Made by a program: the position numbers and the translations under genes | Virus record (IMG/VR): IMGVR_UViG_3300006118_000032 | Location: 1 to 28,836 of that record | Reading direction: 5' to 3' (one strand) | Length of the DNA stretch: 28,836 nucleotides | Source of the DNA: a virus | Lineage: Duplodnaviria > Caudoviricetes | Notes under the pieces: model-generated | The model's database searches: none | Told to the model about the DNA's origin: nothing | Seen by the model: the letters and a program-made list of their open reading frames with translations, nothing else | In this document: positions 17,908-25,588 of the stretch, one piece after another | Layout of the letters: the number at the start of each line of letters is the position of its first letter | How positions within the stretch are numbered: position 1 is the first letter of the stretch

Positions 17908-18125
17908 GCGCATTGTTTACAACGACTGAGATAACCGTTACGAGTTTTACGCTTGTAGAATAAGAACTCAGCCTTGACGATACGGCACACAGAACAGCGT
18001 TTGTAGCCCTTATCAATGTTTGGCTTCTTCTTACCCCATAAAGATTCATCCCAACCCGCCTTAATGCGGTATTCAAGCGTGGTTGGGGGTATACCAAGTT
18101 CTCTAGCTTTTGCTCGGATATTCAT
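17892..18125 (-). CDS. Small HTH plus CxxC...CxxC zinc-finger protein
   Basis: From ATG 18125: ARELGIPPTTLEYRIKAGW (HTH), then CSVC...FYK...CKQC; the 5' extension to 18200 overlaps another gene. Confidence 0.7.
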   Translation of the reverse strand: MNIRAKARELGIPPTTLEYRIKAGWDESLWGKKKPNIDKGYKRCSVCRIVKAEFLFYKRKTRNGYLSRCKQCAKKAP

Positions 18126-18276
18126 AAGACTTTCTATAATAACTCCATTTTTCAAGAAACCAAGGATTTTTGGATGGTCGAACATATCCAAAGCGCTCAA
18201 AGGTTTTCATAACATTAGTAGCTTCAGGCGGAATCCAAACAAACCGTGATGGGTCAAGTATTTTAGCAGGTGTCAT
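18103..18276 (-). CDS. 57-aa hypothetical protein (not in the ORF track)
   Basis: ATGA-coupled to the upstream HTH gene; MTPAKILDPSRFVWIPPEATNVMKTFERFGYVRPSKNPWFLEKWSYYRKSYEYPSKS*. Confidence 0.7.
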   Translation of the reverse strand: MTPAKILDPSRFVWIPPEATNVMKTFERFGYVRPSKNPWFLEKWSYYRKSYEYPSKS

Positions 18277-18488
18277 TTTCTATCCTTTAGTAAAATGTAT
18301 TTAGCCCAATGTGCATCACCATCTGATTCTTTAGTGGTAAATATATCCCAACCTTCGGCTTTTAAGTTATAAATAATTGCTGCCAATCGTGTCACACCGT
18401 AGTTCTGAATGGCTTGCCATGAGGTAATGCTTTTATGCGTGCGAAGATGCCATATGACATTTTCTTTTTTTGTTTCTTTTCTTTTCAT
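18273..18488 (-). CDS. Winged helix-turn-helix protein (HTH_39-like)
   Basis: VI.HL....SITSWQAI..YGVTRLAAIIYNLK.EGWDI.T signature; AGGAG RBS. Confidence 0.8.
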   Translation of the reverse strand: MKRKETKKENVIWHLRTHKSITSWQAIQNYGVTRLAAIIYNLKAEGWDIFTTKESDGDAHWAKYILLKDRK

Positions 18489-18489
18489 A

Positions 18490-18582
18490 TTAAACTCCTG
18501 TAAAGTAAACTACTAAAAAATAACCAAAGCCTATACCAAATATTGTTGCTACTGCCCAATCCCATAATGTTGGTTTCATCAT
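18490..18582 (-). CDS. 30-aa single-TM micro-protein (not in the ORF track)
   Basis: MMKPTLWDWAVATIFGIGFGYFLVVYFTGV* fills the gap between two genes and ends just before the next ATG. Confidence 0.6.
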   Translation of the reverse strand: MMKPTLWDWAVATIFGIGFGYFLVVYFTGV

Positions 18583-18584
18583 AA

Positions 18585-18598
18585 GCCCCCGTAGGGGC
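18585..18598 (-). promoter_or_regulatory. GC hairpin with a C(UACG)G tetraloop
   Basis: Minus strand GCCCC-TACG-GGGGC, 2 nt before ATG 18582; no U-run follows. Confidence 0.6.
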
Positions 18599-18604
18599 AT
18601 CCTT

Positions 18605-18904
18605 TCATCGTGTGGTTGTCTTAACAGCAAATACAGCAGTCGTTCTAACAAACGGTGCAATCATCTCTTCTGTTACGTTTAATGCAGAGAATAATGCTTT
18701 GTAATCGATGTTAGAGCGGTTTTGCTCAACTACAGTTGCTTTAAACAAATTACCTTCATAAACCTTTGCGCCATTTGGTAATGTAGCTTGGTCTTTAATC
18801 ATGTCCTTGATGGTGTCAGCTTGCTTAGTTAAATCGGCAATCTGAGCCAATAAAGAACCGAGTGTGTCTACTGATACAGCATTGATATTGAGTGGTGCGT
18901 TCAT
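18605..18904 (-). CDS. Hypothetical early phage protein
   Basis: 99 aa with a strong AAGGAG RBS and its own promoter; N-terminal coiled coil followed by beta strands. Confidence 0.8.
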   Translation of the reverse strand: MNAPLNINAVSVDTLGSLLAQIADLTKQADTIKDMIKDQATLPNGAKVYEGNLFKATVVEQNRSNIDYKALFSALNVTEEMIAPFVRTTAVFAVKTTTR

Positions 18905-18947
18905 TTACTTCTCCTTTTCTAAAAAACTGCAAGTCGCAGTAATTACT

Positions 18948-18976
18948 ACTATACAGGAAATTATCCATTTGTGCAA
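18948..18976 (-). promoter_or_regulatory. Sigma-70 promoter for the small-gene cluster
   Basis: TTGCAC (18976-18971), 17-nt spacer, TATAGT (18953-18948), with an AT-rich UP-like tract upstream. Confidence 0.8.
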
Positions 18977-18985
18977 TTTATTTTA

Positions 18986-19000
18986 TAGGGATAAACCCTA
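18986..19000. promoter_or_regulatory. Palindromic operator-like site TAGGG-ATAAA-CCCTA
   Basis: Perfect 5-bp inverted repeat 9 nt upstream of the -35 box. Confidence 0.55.
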
Positions 19001-19001
19001 A

Positions 19002-19775
19002 TTATTCATAATTATTTTTCAATTGCCATAATCTAAGGCAGGCTTGAAACATTCCCCAACATCTTTGTAGTTCTTCTTCACGCCATTCAATAACCTTGAC
19101 AATAACAGGTTCATTGACAGATACATAAACATTGGCACAACGTGCTTTAGGAACATTAAAACCCATGCGGTAAGCCGATAACTGCATCCCCTGTGCGTCA
19201 AATGCAATCATCTTGTCAATATCATTTGTATCTTTAGATTTGAAATCAACAACTATTCCATTGCCTAAATAATCAATAAGGTCAGTTTTACCGCCATAAC
19301 CAAATTTGCCATTTGGCATCTTCTGTTCGCTTTCCCAAGGGCGCTCACCAAAATGGTTATTTAAAGCGTTAACTACAGCCTTAACATGATTTGGATGTTC
19401 TACATTAAATTTGCCCTCAAAATGTTTTTGAAGACTTGTATGAATGTCCGTACCTTTTTGCATAGCTTTACGGGAAGTTTCTTTTGAATCATGCTTAACT
19501 CGCTCGGCAAATATAGTTAAAGACTCGCCCTCAATTTTTGGAAGCGTTAAAGCTGACATTAGCATTTCATTTAACATCCATTGCAGTAAGCCTTCAGAGT
19601 GCATCATTTTTATTACGCCTGAAACGCTTGGCACTAAATTGTTTGCTCTTGCATCTCTTAGGGTAGTGTTGCGCTCTTTTCCATTTTTCCCAATCATGGT
19701 ATACATTGGTGCGCCTGTTTCTCTACAATACCAATGTCCACCTTCTGAAGTACGTTCGTTATCTTTTGCTATCAT
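19002..19775 (-). CDS. PD-(D/E)XK-family exonuclease (phage recombination nuclease)
   Basis: PSVSGV, GT.IH, E..., YGGKTDL, VVDFKSK and QLSAY motifs. Confidence 0.85.
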   Translation of the reverse strand: MIAKDNERTSEGGHWYCRETGAPMYTMIGKNGKERNTTLRDARANNLVPSVSGVIKMMHSEGLLQWMLNEMLMSALTLPKIEGESLTIFAERVKHDSKETSRKAMQKGTDIHTSLQKHFEGKFNVEHPNHVKAVVNALNNHFGERPWESEQKMPNGKFGYGGKTDLIDYLGNGIVVDFKSKDTNDIDKMIAFDAQGMQLSAYRMGFNVPKARCANVYVSVNEPVIVKVIEWREEELQRCWGMFQACLRLWQLKNNYE

Positions 19776-19783
19776 AATTTTCC

Positions 19784-20935
19784 TTAAATTAATTCTAATG
19801 ATTGTTGTTTTAATCGCTCAAACTGCAACGCCTCATAATCTTTATTTAATTCACATCCAACCCATTTACGACCTAAGTGTTGTGCTACCTGCCCTGTTGT
19901 TCCGCTACCAAAAAATGGGTCAAGGACAATATCGCCTAACTTACTTCCTGCAAGTACCATAGGCTCTACAAGTTCTTCAGGAAACGTAGCAAAATGCGCA
20001 CCTTTATACGGTTTAGTAGTGACCGTCCATACAGAGCGCTTATTCCTAAATTCAGATGCCTCCGATTCATTACCGCTTTTTGTTGCATACAATGGGTCGT
20101 CATTATCGCCATACTTGTTACCACCAAAGCGTATGTTGGTTTTTTTCTTCCCTGTAAGACCTGTATGTGGCGTCAGACCTGTTCCTTCATTGTGGTACTT
20201 GCCATTGGTTCTATCACGCTCACCCCAATACTGTGCAGGTTCTTGAATCGATTTATTGTCAAAATAATACTTTTGACTCTTGCTAAACAAGAAAATGTAC
20301 TCGTGTGATTTAGTACAACGGTCTTCTACAGATTCAGGCATTGGATTTGGTTTGTGCCAAATAATATCTTGACGTAAATTCCACCCAAAGTCCTGAAGTG
20401 CAAACGCAACACGCCATGGAATACCAATTAGATTCTTTGGTCGAATACCGCTTCCATTGCCACTTGTTGGTGATTTAAACTCAACAAATTTATCCTGCCC
20501 AAAAGACTGTGCCACAGAGCCATTACCATTGCTTCCTGCATAAGAATCGCCAAGGTTAACCCATAACGTACCGTCGTCAGAAAGAACGTCCCAAACGCCT
20601 GCAAATACACTTACAATCGCATCAACATACGCTTGTGGACTTTCCTCTAAACCAATCTGAGAATCTTCTCTGACAGCCCCACATTTAGGGCAGACGGTTT
20701 TATAAATAGCGTCACCTACAGTAAGGTCTTTATTAGCATGACCTGTAATTGTTTTATCAGAATGCTTGCTATCTCTTTTGTGTGAGCAATTTTCATCACC
20801 ACCCATCCAAGTAGCAGTCCCATAATCTCTAAGACCGTAGTAGGGAGGACTTGTAATACAGGTTTGTACCTTCACGCCCTCTTCCTTCATCTGTTTTAAA
20901 GATTCTCGACAATCGCCAAAGTAAACTTTATTCAT
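19784..20935 (-). CDS. DNA amino-methyltransferase, beta class (N6/N4 family; SPPY suggests N4-cytosine)
   Basis: Motif IV TSPPYY near the N-terminus, IIWHKPNPMPES, HFATFP, and motif I VLDPFFGSGTT near the C-terminus. Confidence 0.93.
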   Translation of the reverse strand: MNKVYFGDCRESLKQMKEEGVKVQTCITSPPYYGLRDYGTATWMGGDENCSHKRDSKHSDKTITGHANKDLTVGDAIYKTVCPKCGAVREDSQIGLEESPQAYVDAIVSVFAGVWDVLSDDGTLWVNLGDSYAGSNGNGSVAQSFGQDKFVEFKSPTSGNGSGIRPKNLIGIPWRVAFALQDFGWNLRQDIIWHKPNPMPESVEDRCTKSHEYIFLFSKSQKYYFDNKSIQEPAQYWGERDRTNGKYHNEGTGLTPHTGLTGKKKTNIRFGGNKYGDNDDPLYATKSGNESEASEFRNKRSVWTVTTKPYKGAHFATFPEELVEPMVLAGSKLGDIVLDPFFGSGTTGQVAQHLGRKWVGCELNKDYEALQFERLKQQSLELI

Positions 20936-20937
20936 TT

Positions 20938-21372
20938 TTAGCCAATATTTAATGATTGTTTGTGATGCTGTTTATGGCACGGTTGGCAAAGCCACATAAC
21001 TTCAAGTGGTTTGTCGTAATCCTCGTGATGAGCGACGGATTTTTCTTCTCCACATTTGATGCATGGTTGTCGAACCAAAGTACCATTACGAACGGCTCTA
21101 GCAACTTGCGAATGAGCCACATGCCTGCGAGAATCTTCCGCTCTCCATGCTCGTGTAATTTCTGTTGCCGCCTTAATGCGTTTTGGCTCTTTTCCTCGTG
21201 CTTTGTCATAAGCACGAACTTTTTCAATGTTTTTATTTCTATTTGCTGTGACATCATTTTTGTTGCACTCCTTGCATTTGTTGACGTGACCGTCAGCCAT
21301 TTGTAAGTGTTTATAAAACTCTGTTAATGGCTTGACGATGTTGCACTTAAAACACTTTTTAGAACGAATCAT
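20938..21372 (-). CDS. HNH endonuclease with N-terminal zinc finger
   Basis: CFKC...EFYKH...CKEC, then PCIKCG...AHHEDYDKPLEVMWLCQPCHKQHH; AGGAG RBS precedes ATG 21372. Confidence 0.85.
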   Translation of the reverse strand: MIRSKKCFKCNIVKPLTEFYKHLQMADGHVNKCKECNKNDVTANRNKNIEKVRAYDKARGKEPKRIKAATEITRAWRAEDSRRHVAHSQVARAVRNGTLVRQPCIKCGEEKSVAHHEDYDKPLEVMWLCQPCHKQHHKQSLNIG

Positions 21373-21406
21373 GTTGTACTCCTGTGCTAGTAATACAACC
21401 ATTATA
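21373..21406 (-). promoter_or_regulatory. -10 box plus RBS-sequestering hairpin upstream of the HNH gene
   Basis: TATAAT (21406-21401), G, then GTTGTATTACT-AGCAC-AGGAGTACAAC directly followed by ATG. Confidence 0.7.
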
Positions 21407-21414
21407 GACCCGTT

Positions 21415-22071
21415 CTAGTTAAAAGGTATGTCGTCATCAATTTCTTTTAATGACTTTGGAAAACCATCATCAGCTTGTTTTGATGGTTTTGATGGTGCGG
21501 AAGCAGTAACCTTTTTATATTCAGGTGACTCCATAATTTTTTTCTTTAAACCATCAGATAACTTTTCAAATTTAGCTTGGTCAAAGTCATCTAAAGAAAA
21601 CATAAAGATTGGATTGATACCTTCAGGTAAACCCGCTTTCTTAATTACAGAAGGCACAGGTGACACAGCCTTGACGTTTGCATAGGTCTTTCCTGCCGTG
21701 CCTGCATCATGGCTGATAGACACCATACAATACTGATTTAAGATGTTCTCAAGGTTAAATCCTGCCAACTCATCTAAAGTAAAAGCACGATTGCGCCAAG
21801 ACTCTAAATGCGCCCGTAGCGTGGCTTTCTCAGATAGAGATAGCGTGTAGTTAGACGATACAACCAAAGGCTTGCCATCATCCGTTGTAAGCGGATTGCC
21901 TTCGTCGTCTTCCCCATGTAGTTCCCATGTAATGAGAATCTTGCGTAAGACGTTTTCATATTTGTTTTTGTGACTACCCATGTCTACGATACGATAGCAT
22001 CGAGCAACGTGGTTTCCTGCAGGTGGTAACTGAAAGTCTGAACCACCGCTTGCGCTTGCAATAATTGCCAT
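21415..22071 (-). CDS. Single-stranded DNA-binding protein-like phage replication/recombination protein
   Basis: PAGNHVARCYRIVDMG OB-fold-like start and acidic C-terminal tip DDDIPF; in the same operon as the exonuclease. Confidence 0.7.
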   Translation of the reverse strand: MAIIASASGGSDFQLPPAGNHVARCYRIVDMGSHKNKYENVLRKILITWELHGEDDEGNPLTTDDGKPLVVSSNYTLSLSEKATLRAHLESWRNRAFTLDELAGFNLENILNQYCMVSISHDAGTAGKTYANVKAVSPVPSVIKKAGLPEGINPIFMFSLDDFDQAKFEKLSDGLKKKIMESPEYKKVTASAPSKPSKQADDGFPKSLKEIDDDIPFN

Positions 22072-22072
22072 A

Positions 22073-22306
22073 TTATTTCCTTATTGAGAGTTTATTAAGA
22101 CTTTTAAAAACATCACCAAAGTGTGCGTCTATTGCATCAGACACTTCTTGACTTGGTGATGGGGATTTAAGACCGCATTCGAAGCGTATGATGTCAAAGT
22201 CATCAGATGATGCCTGACCTAGCTCAGCACGTTCAATTGCTTCTTCTAAGCGTTTTTGACGCTCTTGGTACATGATGGATAATTCTTGTGAATCTTCTTC
22301 TGACAT
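22073..22306 (-). CDS. Hypothetical protein, first gene of the leftward operon
   Basis: 77 aa, AGGAG RBS, abuts the SSB-like gene. Confidence 0.7.
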   Translation of the reverse strand: MSEEDSQELSIMYQERQKRLEEAIERAELGQASSDDFDIIRFECGLKSPSPSQEVSDAIDAHFGDVFKSLNKLSIRK

Positions 22307-22469
22307 AATATTCTCCTAACTGACTAACAGTAATAACTAATAGCAAAATTGCTATACTCAAAATATAACATAAAATTATTCAATACAACACATTTATATA
22401 AAAATATTTATTTATTTTTTATCTGTTATACTCACAAATATGTGATATAGTTTTTTGTAAGGAGGAATT
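22307..22469. promoter_or_regulatory. Divergent early control region
   Basis: Very AT-rich; rightward TGA-TATAGT (extended -10, ~22443-22451) and leftward TGT-TATATT; palindromes TAGCAA-AA-TTGCTA (22341-22354) and TCACA-AATA-TGTGA (22432-22445). Confidence 0.75.
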
Positions 22470-22670
22470 ATGAAGGATATGAAATTAGTTTTACAGGCTG
22501 AATTTGGAACGCTTGATGCGCTTGCAAATCATTTGAATGTAAGGAATACAGCAGTCTACAATTGGGTTGCTCGCAAACAAATTCCAATTAAACATTTAAA
22601 AAAGATTAGCGACCTTTCAGAAGGAAGGCTAACAAAAGCGATGATGCGTCCTGATTTATTTAATAATTAA
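22470..22670 (+). CDS. Cro-like HTH regulator (YdaS/Cro family)
   Basis: FG...ALA..LNV...AVYNW....IP...I...S.G.LT...RPDLF signature; strong AGGAGG RBS. Confidence 0.88.
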   Translation: MKDMKLVLQAEFGTLDALANHLNVRNTAVYNWVARKQIPIKHLKKISDLSEGRLTKAMMRPDLFNN

Positions 22671-23356
22671 TGAAGGTGCATATGCATTATTACAAATTCC
22701 ATATTGCTGATTGGCATTTAGCAACAAGCCATTTATCGTTAGAAGAAGAAGCTATTTATTTTAAATTGATTAATTTTTACTACGATACAGAAGAACCAAT
22801 TCCATTAGAAACCCAATCGGTTATTAGACGGTTACGTTTGGGTTTGCATATGGATAGCGTTCGGTTAGTGCTTGATGAGTTTTTCGTAAAAACAGAAAAA
22901 GGGTTTGTTCATGCACGCTGTGATTCTGAGATACAAAAGTATCAAAAAAAGGCAGAAACTAACAAAATTGTTGGAAAATTGGGTGGAAGACCTAGGAAAA
23001 TCAAGAACTTAAAAAATAACCCACGAGAAACCCAAACGGTTTCTGAAAATAACCCACAAGAAACCCTAACCACTAACCATAAACCAATAACCAAGAGTAG
23101 TATTCAACTCCCTAAATTTTTGTCTTTAGAAATGTGGGATGAATGGATTCAACATCGTAAATCTATCAAAGCACCGATGTCGGATTTAGCACAGGCAAAG
23201 TTTATTAACCAACTTACAACTTTGGTTGCTGACGGACATGATTCTAAAAAGCTGTTGGATACTGCAATTGCTAATGGTTGGAAGACGGTTTACCCTAAAG
23301 ACGAAACAAAGGTGGCAAAGTCCAAAAAAGATTTACCTCCTGAGTGGAGGGTTTAA
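22670..23356 (+). CDS. Replication initiator, YdaU/DUF1376 family (lambda O-like)
   Basis: MHYYKFHIADW...HLS.EE..IY, G..GGRP, iteron-bearing linker, C-terminal W..W..HRK...ANGWK domain; start may be 22682. Confidence 0.85.
   Translation: MKVHMHYYKFHIADWHLATSHLSLEEEAIYFKLINFYYDTEEPIPLETQSVIRRLRLGLHMDSVRLVLDEFFVKTEKGFVHARCDSEIQKYQKKAETNKIVGKLGGRPRKIKNLKNNPRETQTVSENNPQETLTTNHKPITKSSIQLPKFLSLEMWDEWIQHRKSIKAPMSDLAQAKFINQLTTLVADGHDSKKLLDTAIANGWKTVYPKDETKVAKSKKDLPPEWRV
23013..23094. repeat. Iteron-like repeats, probable replication origin
   Basis: AAAATAACCCACRAGAAACCC at 23013 and 23046 (33-bp period), then four 7-mers WAACCAN (23067-23094); GAAACCCAAWCGGTT at 22808 and 23027. Confidence 0.75.
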
Positions 23357-23709
23357 TGCGAGGACATAAGACCGTTATAGACCTCCGTAAGCTTGGAAAG
23401 AAGCCCCGTGGCTTGTTTATTTTCATGGGTGTGTACCCTTACCCTCAAGCGGACTATTTTGACCCTGAGAACGCTCTTTTAAGGCTTGAGCATCCCGAAG
23501 TTTGGGTAGAAGATGATGACCCTGAGAAGGCGGATTTAACTTTTATTAAAAATTTAGTCGTACATCTTATTGATTATGGAGGAAAAACTACGCCTGAAAA
23601 ATACTTTGCATGGTGGGCAAATCTTGCAAAAGCAGAACCAAAAATGATGATTACAGTAGATTGGGATGACCAAGTAAATATATGGAGAAGAGAAGATGTC
23701 AATTATTGA
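23356..23709 (+). CDS. Hypothetical protein between initiator and helicase
   Basis: TAATG-coupled start after GGAGG; could be a primase remnant or loader, but this is unsupported. Confidence 0.65.
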   Translation: MRGHKTVIDLRKLGKKPRGLFIFMGVYPYPQADYFDPENALLRLEHPEVWVEDDDPEKADLTFIKNLVVHLIDYGGKTTPEKYFAWWANLAKAEPKMMITVDWDDQVNIWRREDVNY

Positions 23710-24637
23710 TGCGTTAAGGATGCAAAGAGAAATAGCTATTATTGAAAACGATGATATTGATTTTAATCAGTATTTGTTTGATTCAGAACCTAAGCAAAAG
23801 GTTAAAGAAAAAGGATTTTATGCCGAACAAGTAGCGCAATATTATGAAGGCACTTTAATCAAAAAAGGTTCAACTTTGCCTTGGGATACCTTTGGTTTAA
23901 AGATTGGATTACGACCATCTGAGGTTAGCGTATGGGCAGGTGTTAACGGACACGGAAAGTCATTGATGATTGGGCAGGTTGTTTTAGAGTTGGTCAAACA
24001 AGGACAGAAATGTTTGATTGCTTCATTTGAGATGCGTCCTGAAATTACTTTGGCTCGCATGGCAAGGCAAGCAATCGGGAAAAAAATACCGACTAGTGAA
24101 GAGCTTAATAAGTTTCTTGCATGGAAAAAGAATCATTTGTACTTGTTTGAGCATCAAGGTATTGTTGACATCAATACGATGATTGGCGTGTGTTTCTACG
24201 CATCAAAAGAATTAGGTGTAAAGCATTTAGTCATTGACTCGTTAATGAAGTGCGTTAAAGGCGAGGATGATTACAACGGTCAAAAGGATTTTGTGAATTC
24301 TTTATGTGCTATTGCGCATCAAACAGGTATGCACATTCATTTGATACACCACGTTCGTAAAGGACAAGATGAAAAATCTGCACCTAATAAGTTTGATTTA
24401 AAAGGTTCAGGCTCAATAACTGACCAAGTGGATAATGTGTTTATAGTTTGGCGCAATAAAGCCAAAGCATTAGAGCGTCAGACTAACGGAGTTGTAGATG
24501 AGAGTAATTTTGATGCGTTGCTGTGTTGTGAGAAGCAACGTAATGGTGAGTGGGAGGGACGGTTTCCATTGTGGTTTGATGAAAACAGTCAGCAGTATTT
24601 GGAGAAGTTTCAAGGGCATTTACGTCATTATTTATAG
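23696..24637 (+). CDS. DnaB-like (SF4) replicative helicase, ATPase domain
   Basis: Walker A GVNGHGKS, SFEM, VIDSL, HLIHHVRK, DLKGSGSITDQVDNV, KQRNG. Confidence 0.9.
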   Translation: MSIIDALRMQREIAIIENDDIDFNQYLFDSEPKQKVKEKGFYAEQVAQYYEGTLIKKGSTLPWDTFGLKIGLRPSEVSVWAGVNGHGKSLMIGQVVLELVKQGQKCLIASFEMRPEITLARMARQAIGKKIPTSEELNKFLAWKKNHLYLFEHQGIVDINTMIGVCFYASKELGVKHLVIDSLMKCVKGEDDYNGQKDFVNSLCAIAHQTGMHIHLIHHVRKGQDEKSAPNKFDLKGSGSITDQVDNVFIVWRNKAKALERQTNGVVDESNFDALLCCEKQRNGEWEGRFPLWFDENSQQYLEKFQGHLRHYL

Positions 24638-24645
24638 GAGAAGAT

Positions 24646-24936
24646 ATGGCTAGGAAAAAAGCAACACGTGAAGAAGAAGCATTATTTATCGGAGAACGTC
24701 ATGTACCTGATGAGATGGTTGACGCTGAAATTGAACGCATCAAAAAAGGACAAGACGCACCTTTGACAGGGGATATTTTTCCTGATGAAAAGGATTATTC
24801 ACTTGACCCAATGGCTAAGTTGTTAGATGCTTCTGATAGGGTAAAAGAATTTATTACCGAATATCAGCCTGGGTTACTGATTGACCGTAACAAATTCAAG
24901 TTACATTTGTTAGAAATATTGGAGGATTGGAAATGA
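24646..24936 (+). CDS. Hypothetical protein
   Basis: 96 aa, AGGAG RBS. Confidence 0.7.
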   Translation: MARKKATREEEALFIGERHVPDEMVDAEIERIKKGQDAPLTGDIFPDEKDYSLDPMAKLLDASDRVKEFITEYQPGLLIDRNKFKLHLLEILEDWK

Positions 24937-25214
24937 GCGAAATGTCCGATTTACAACGTAGGTTGATGGGTCAAGCAAGCGCTATCAACTTGTTTACGCA
25001 AGAGGAATTTGATGTGGCGCTGAACACAGCTAAAGCAGAAATTATGGCTATGGCAATTGAAGCATCACGAACTGCAGTCATGATGGAACGTGAAGCTTGC
25101 GCTAAGATTGTGGAAGAAGAAGCTAACAAAGAAGAAGATGGTGAATTATGTACCGCTATTCGTGATGTTGCAAAGCTAATTCGCAATCGTATTCCGTCGC
25201 AGGTATTGCAATGA
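24927..25214 (+). CDS. Hypothetical protein with EREACAKI motif
   Basis: Motif common in small phage accessory proteins; start is probably 24933. Confidence 0.7.
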   Translation: MEMSEMSDLQRRLMGQASAINLFTQEEFDVALNTAKAEIMAMAIEASRTAVMMEREACAKIVEEEANKEEDGELCTAIRDVAKLIRNRIPSQVLQ

Positions 25215-25588
25215 TTGAAATCACATTACCCTTTCCGCCTACCGTTAATACTTATTGGCGTAAGTGGAACAGTCGCATGGTTATATCTGAAAAGGGTAGA
25301 GCATACCGTGAGATTGTAGGGGATTTGATGACAATACAAGGCAAGGTGTTTCATAGCACCAAGCCTTTACGGGTCGACATCAAAGCCTATCGCCCTGACA
25401 AGCGTAGGCGTGATTTAGATAATTTATTAAAAGCCACCCTTGATGCTTTGGCTCATGCAGGTGTGTATGAAGACGATACTCAAATCGTTGATTTACGCAT
25501 TTATTGGGCTAAAGAACTTGGGGGAATGTTAAAAATTCGTTTAGGAGAATTAAATGAAGCCGATGAATCTAGTACAAAAGTGGGATGA
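25211..25588 (+). CDS. rusA: RusA-family Holliday junction resolvase
   Basis: LPFPPTVNTYWR and PDKRRRDLDNLLKATLDAL.HAGVYEDDTQI. Confidence 0.93.
   Translation: MIEITLPFPPTVNTYWRKWNSRMVISEKGRAYREIVGDLMTIQGKVFHSTKPLRVDIKAYRPDKRRRDLDNLLKATLDALAHAGVYEDDTQIVDLRIYWAKELGGMLKIRLGELNEADESSTKVG

Noticed and set aside
18126-18200. 5' extension of the 102-aa ORF in the track
   Set aside because: It overlaps a better-coupled 57-aa ORF (18103-18276); ATG 18125 gives a compact HTH-zinc-finger protein.
19002-19775. Possible Cas4
   Set aside because: PD-(D/E)XK core is present, but the four-Cys Fe-S cluster pattern and CRISPR context are absent; a phage exonuclease is the simpler call.
19444-21685. Plus-strand ORFs antisense to the nuclease, MTase, HNH and SSB genes
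   Set aside because: No motifs or RBS, and they lie opposite well-supported genes.
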